Translations under genes and position numbers: made by a program
Shown here: one piece after another, positions 61,868 through 64,000 of the stretch
Layout: each line of letters starts with the position of its first letter
How positions within the stretch are numbered: the stretch's first letter is position 1
Assembly (NCBI GenBank): GCA_036507075.1
Contig: DASXQR010000017.1
Span: 32,001-96,000 of the forward strand
Reading direction: 5' to 3'
From: Acidobacteriota bacterium
Lineage (GTDB): Bacteria > Acidobacteriota > UBA6911 > JACQSX01
DNA length: 64,000 nt
The notes under the pieces: generated by a model
What the model was told of the DNA's origin: nothing
Databases searched by the model: none
What the model saw: the letters and a program-made list of their open reading frames with translations, nothing else

Positions 61868-62506
61868 ATGACATTCAGCAGACTCGTTGATCCGGTCAAA
61901 AGAGGCGCGATGCGCATCGTTCTCTGTGTTCTCTGTGCCTCTGTGGTGATTCCGTTATTCCCTGAAACAGTCCCCTCACTGAAATTGGACGAGGGAGCCA
62001 TCATTGTCTGGGACACGAAAGCCCGGGACTACACCTCCGAGTTCATCATCCGAATCGCCCAGTATTCACCGGAGCGTTTTTTCGAATGGGAAAGTCGCGC
62101 CCATCAGGGCACCATTAAGATTCCGGCAAAAATCCTTAAGGAAGGGAAGAAGCTTACCTTCGCCAGGCTCTTTGACAACGGCGTAGATATTGATAAGACC
62201 GATTCGCTCACGCTCTGGCTTAGCGAACAGATCTACCAGGAGCTCAAGACCAGCAATCGGGCGCGCGTAACCGTAGATTCTCTGAAGGATGAGTTTGTGC
62301 TGGACGAATCCTTGCAGTATCCGCTGTTGCTCAACAAGCAAGCCGTCACGGTACCGGCGCTGAAAGTTAGAGACACGCGCGGCGCCACCTGGATCTTTCT
62401 CGACAGCGCCGTCAATCCGTTGATGCTCGAGTATCAGAATCAGTACTACACGCAGAAGATTCGCAGCATGACCACAAAGGGGAGTATTCTCCGCTGGGTG
62501 CGCTAA
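61868..62506 (+). CDS. Hypothetical exported protein
   Basis: 212 aa (alternative start 61910); no family recognised. Confidence 0.65.
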   Translation: MTFSRLVDPVKRGAMRIVLCVLCASVVIPLFPETVPSLKLDEGAIIVWDTKARDYTSEFIIRIAQYSPERFFEWESRAHQGTIKIPAKILKEGKKLTFARLFDNGVDIDKTDSLTLWLSEQIYQELKTSNRARVTVDSLKDEFVLDESLQYPLLLNKQAVTVPALKVRDTRGATWIFLDSAVNPLMLEYQNQYYTQKIRSMTTKGSILRWVR

Positions 62507-62514
62507 AAAACGCC

Positions 62515-62808
62515 GGTTGGCGAGTTCGCGGGCTGGCGAGTTACGGGTTGTCTGGTTGCGGGTCGTCGGGTTGTCGGATTACGGGTTGCGAGTTGACGGG
62601 TTACGGGTTGTCGGGTTGACTGGCCGGTACGTCACGATACCAATTTTCCAATTTTGAGTTTCAATCTGCCAAGTCGTAACCCGTAACACGCCGACTCGCA
62701 AGCCGACAACCCGTTAACCCGCAACCTGTCAACCGGTCAACCCGTGAACCCGCAACCCGGAACTCGCAACCCGCTCACCCGGAACCCGTGAACCCGCAAC
62801 CCGGAACG
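62515..62808. repeat. Inverted GGGTTGTC-family tandem arrays (copy C, different core)
   Basis: Same repeat units as 59807-60203. Confidence 0.85.
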
Positions 62809-62814
62809 CCGCGT

Positions 62815-63870
62815 TTAGAAGACGTACCGCAAGCCGAGCCAGATTTCACGCCTTCCGCCGTCGGTGCCCCATTGGTTGAGAAAATTTGAGGAGTTAACGC
62901 GCCCCTCCGGAATGCCAAAGTTCCGCGTATTGGTGGCGTTGAACATATCCACCCGGAACTGCAGGCGATGGTTCTCCGTGATGCGGGTATTTTTCTGGAA
63001 TCCCATATCCAGATTTCCAATGCCGTCTGCTCGCAGGGTGTTTCTTCCCACGTTCCCGGTTCGCACTCCTGAGCTCGGCAAGCGTGAAAACAGACTTGCG
63101 CCGCCGGCCTTCACCAGTTCCTCAATCGACATAGAAGCAATATTGAGATTTGTATTCAGGTTGGGGCGAATAGCGTTCCCAACCAGGCTATCAATACCAC
63201 TCAGGGCGCCTGTCGGATCTGCGCCATTCAGGACGGTGAACGGCGCTCCGCTCTGAAACGTGAAAAAGGAATTCAACTGCCAGCCACCAAGGATATGGCC
63301 CGTCACTCCCTGTTGTTCTCTAAAAAAGGGAAGTTCATACACAATATTCCCGGTGAGACGGTGCGGACGATCATACGAAGATCTTGCGCGATCCGCCCGC
63401 CTGTTGAATGAATCCTGCGAAACGGCAACTTCGCCTCCAGACGGGTTGAAGATTTCCGATGCGTCGTCGATATAAGCGCTCCAGGTATAGTGCAACTCGG
63501 AAGGGTGCTTCTTTTCTCCCGGCACTTTTATCCAGATTACTTAAAGAATTCAATTTGTTGCCGTTGTAGAACTCGAAGGCGGAGCCGTGAAAGCGGTTGG
63601 ACCCGCTTTTGGTAATAATGTTCATGACCGAGCCGGCGCTCCGGCCGTACTCTGCGGCAAACTGGTTTGTAATCAGCCGGACCTCTTGAACAATGTCGGT
63701 GTTGTTGATCGGCTGCTGTCGACCGGAAACACTCGGATCATTGCTATCCTGCCCGTCGATCATGAAGTTATTCGAGCGCAGCCTCATTCCGTTGACCGAG
63801 AAATTCACTCCGCTGGCGAAATCGGATTGACCGCTGCCGAGCTGGCTTACGCCCGGTGCCGAGAGGGCCC
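62815..63870 (-). pseudogene. Oar-like TonB-dependent receptor, 5'-truncated and internally deleted
   Basis: Plug fragment (SVNGMR..NNFMIDG..AEYGRSAG..TKSGSNRFHGS) joined out of frame near 63495 to the C-terminal barrel fragment (HYTWS..GNVGRN..FRVDMFN..LGLRYVF). Confidence 0.8.
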
Positions 63871-63886
63871 TCGGGCCGTCTCTCCA
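63862..63886 (-). repeat. REP copy of the same family as 18671/19068
   Basis: Minus strand GGAG-AGACGGCC-CGAG-GGCCCTCT. Confidence 0.7.
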
Positions 63887-63990
63887 CCCTGAAAATTGTC
63901 CCACCCTAAAATTGTCCCACCCTAAAATTGTCCTGCTCTAAAAATTGTCCCAGTCTAAAAATTGGTCGCACTCTAAAAAATGTCCAAACT
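63883..63990. repeat. Degenerate 16-18-bp tandem repeat (CCACCCTAAAATTGTC)
   Basis: About 6 progressively diverging units at the window end. Confidence 0.8.
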
Positions 63991-64000
63991 CCAGCCCCTT

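Overview
This 64-kb window is GC-rich bacterial chromosomal DNA, most likely Acidobacteriota (inferred from the Oar-like TonB receptor, ECF/anti-sigma/CHAT module and Tes homolog). The first 17.3 kb is an apparently uncharacterised redox cluster that could form a nucleotide-gated electron conduit across the cell envelope. It encodes a NuoE-NuoF fusion, a NuoG/HoxU-like Fe-S protein with two cyclic-nucleotide-binding domains and a DmsB-like ferredoxin where a catalytic domain would normally be, a bis-His di-heme b membrane protein, three multiheme c cytochromes (22 CxxCH plus 3 CX4CH motifs), an outer-membrane barrel, a tandem GlcG/HbpS protein and SthA. Two selenoproteins are hidden by in-frame UGA codons with SECIS-like hairpins: a CUAEP-tail radical SAM enzyme (next to a tetraether lipid synthase homolog, NfuA and an ATP-grasp ligase) and a deiodinase-like protein. 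Other notable items are a ~220-nt candidate structured ncRNA divergent from a nuclease-like/hpt pair, an internally deleted RAYT transposase between REPIN doublets, and a TonB-receptor pseudogene cut at a REP of the same family. Housekeeping genes include recG, rsmD, coaD, the pyr cluster, hemACD/ccsA, scpAB, rluB, ribA and ribE. Most intergenic spaces carry inverted short-tandem-repeat or MITE-like elements. No rRNA, tRNA or CRISPR array was recognised. All calls come from reading motifs by eye; no database searches were run.
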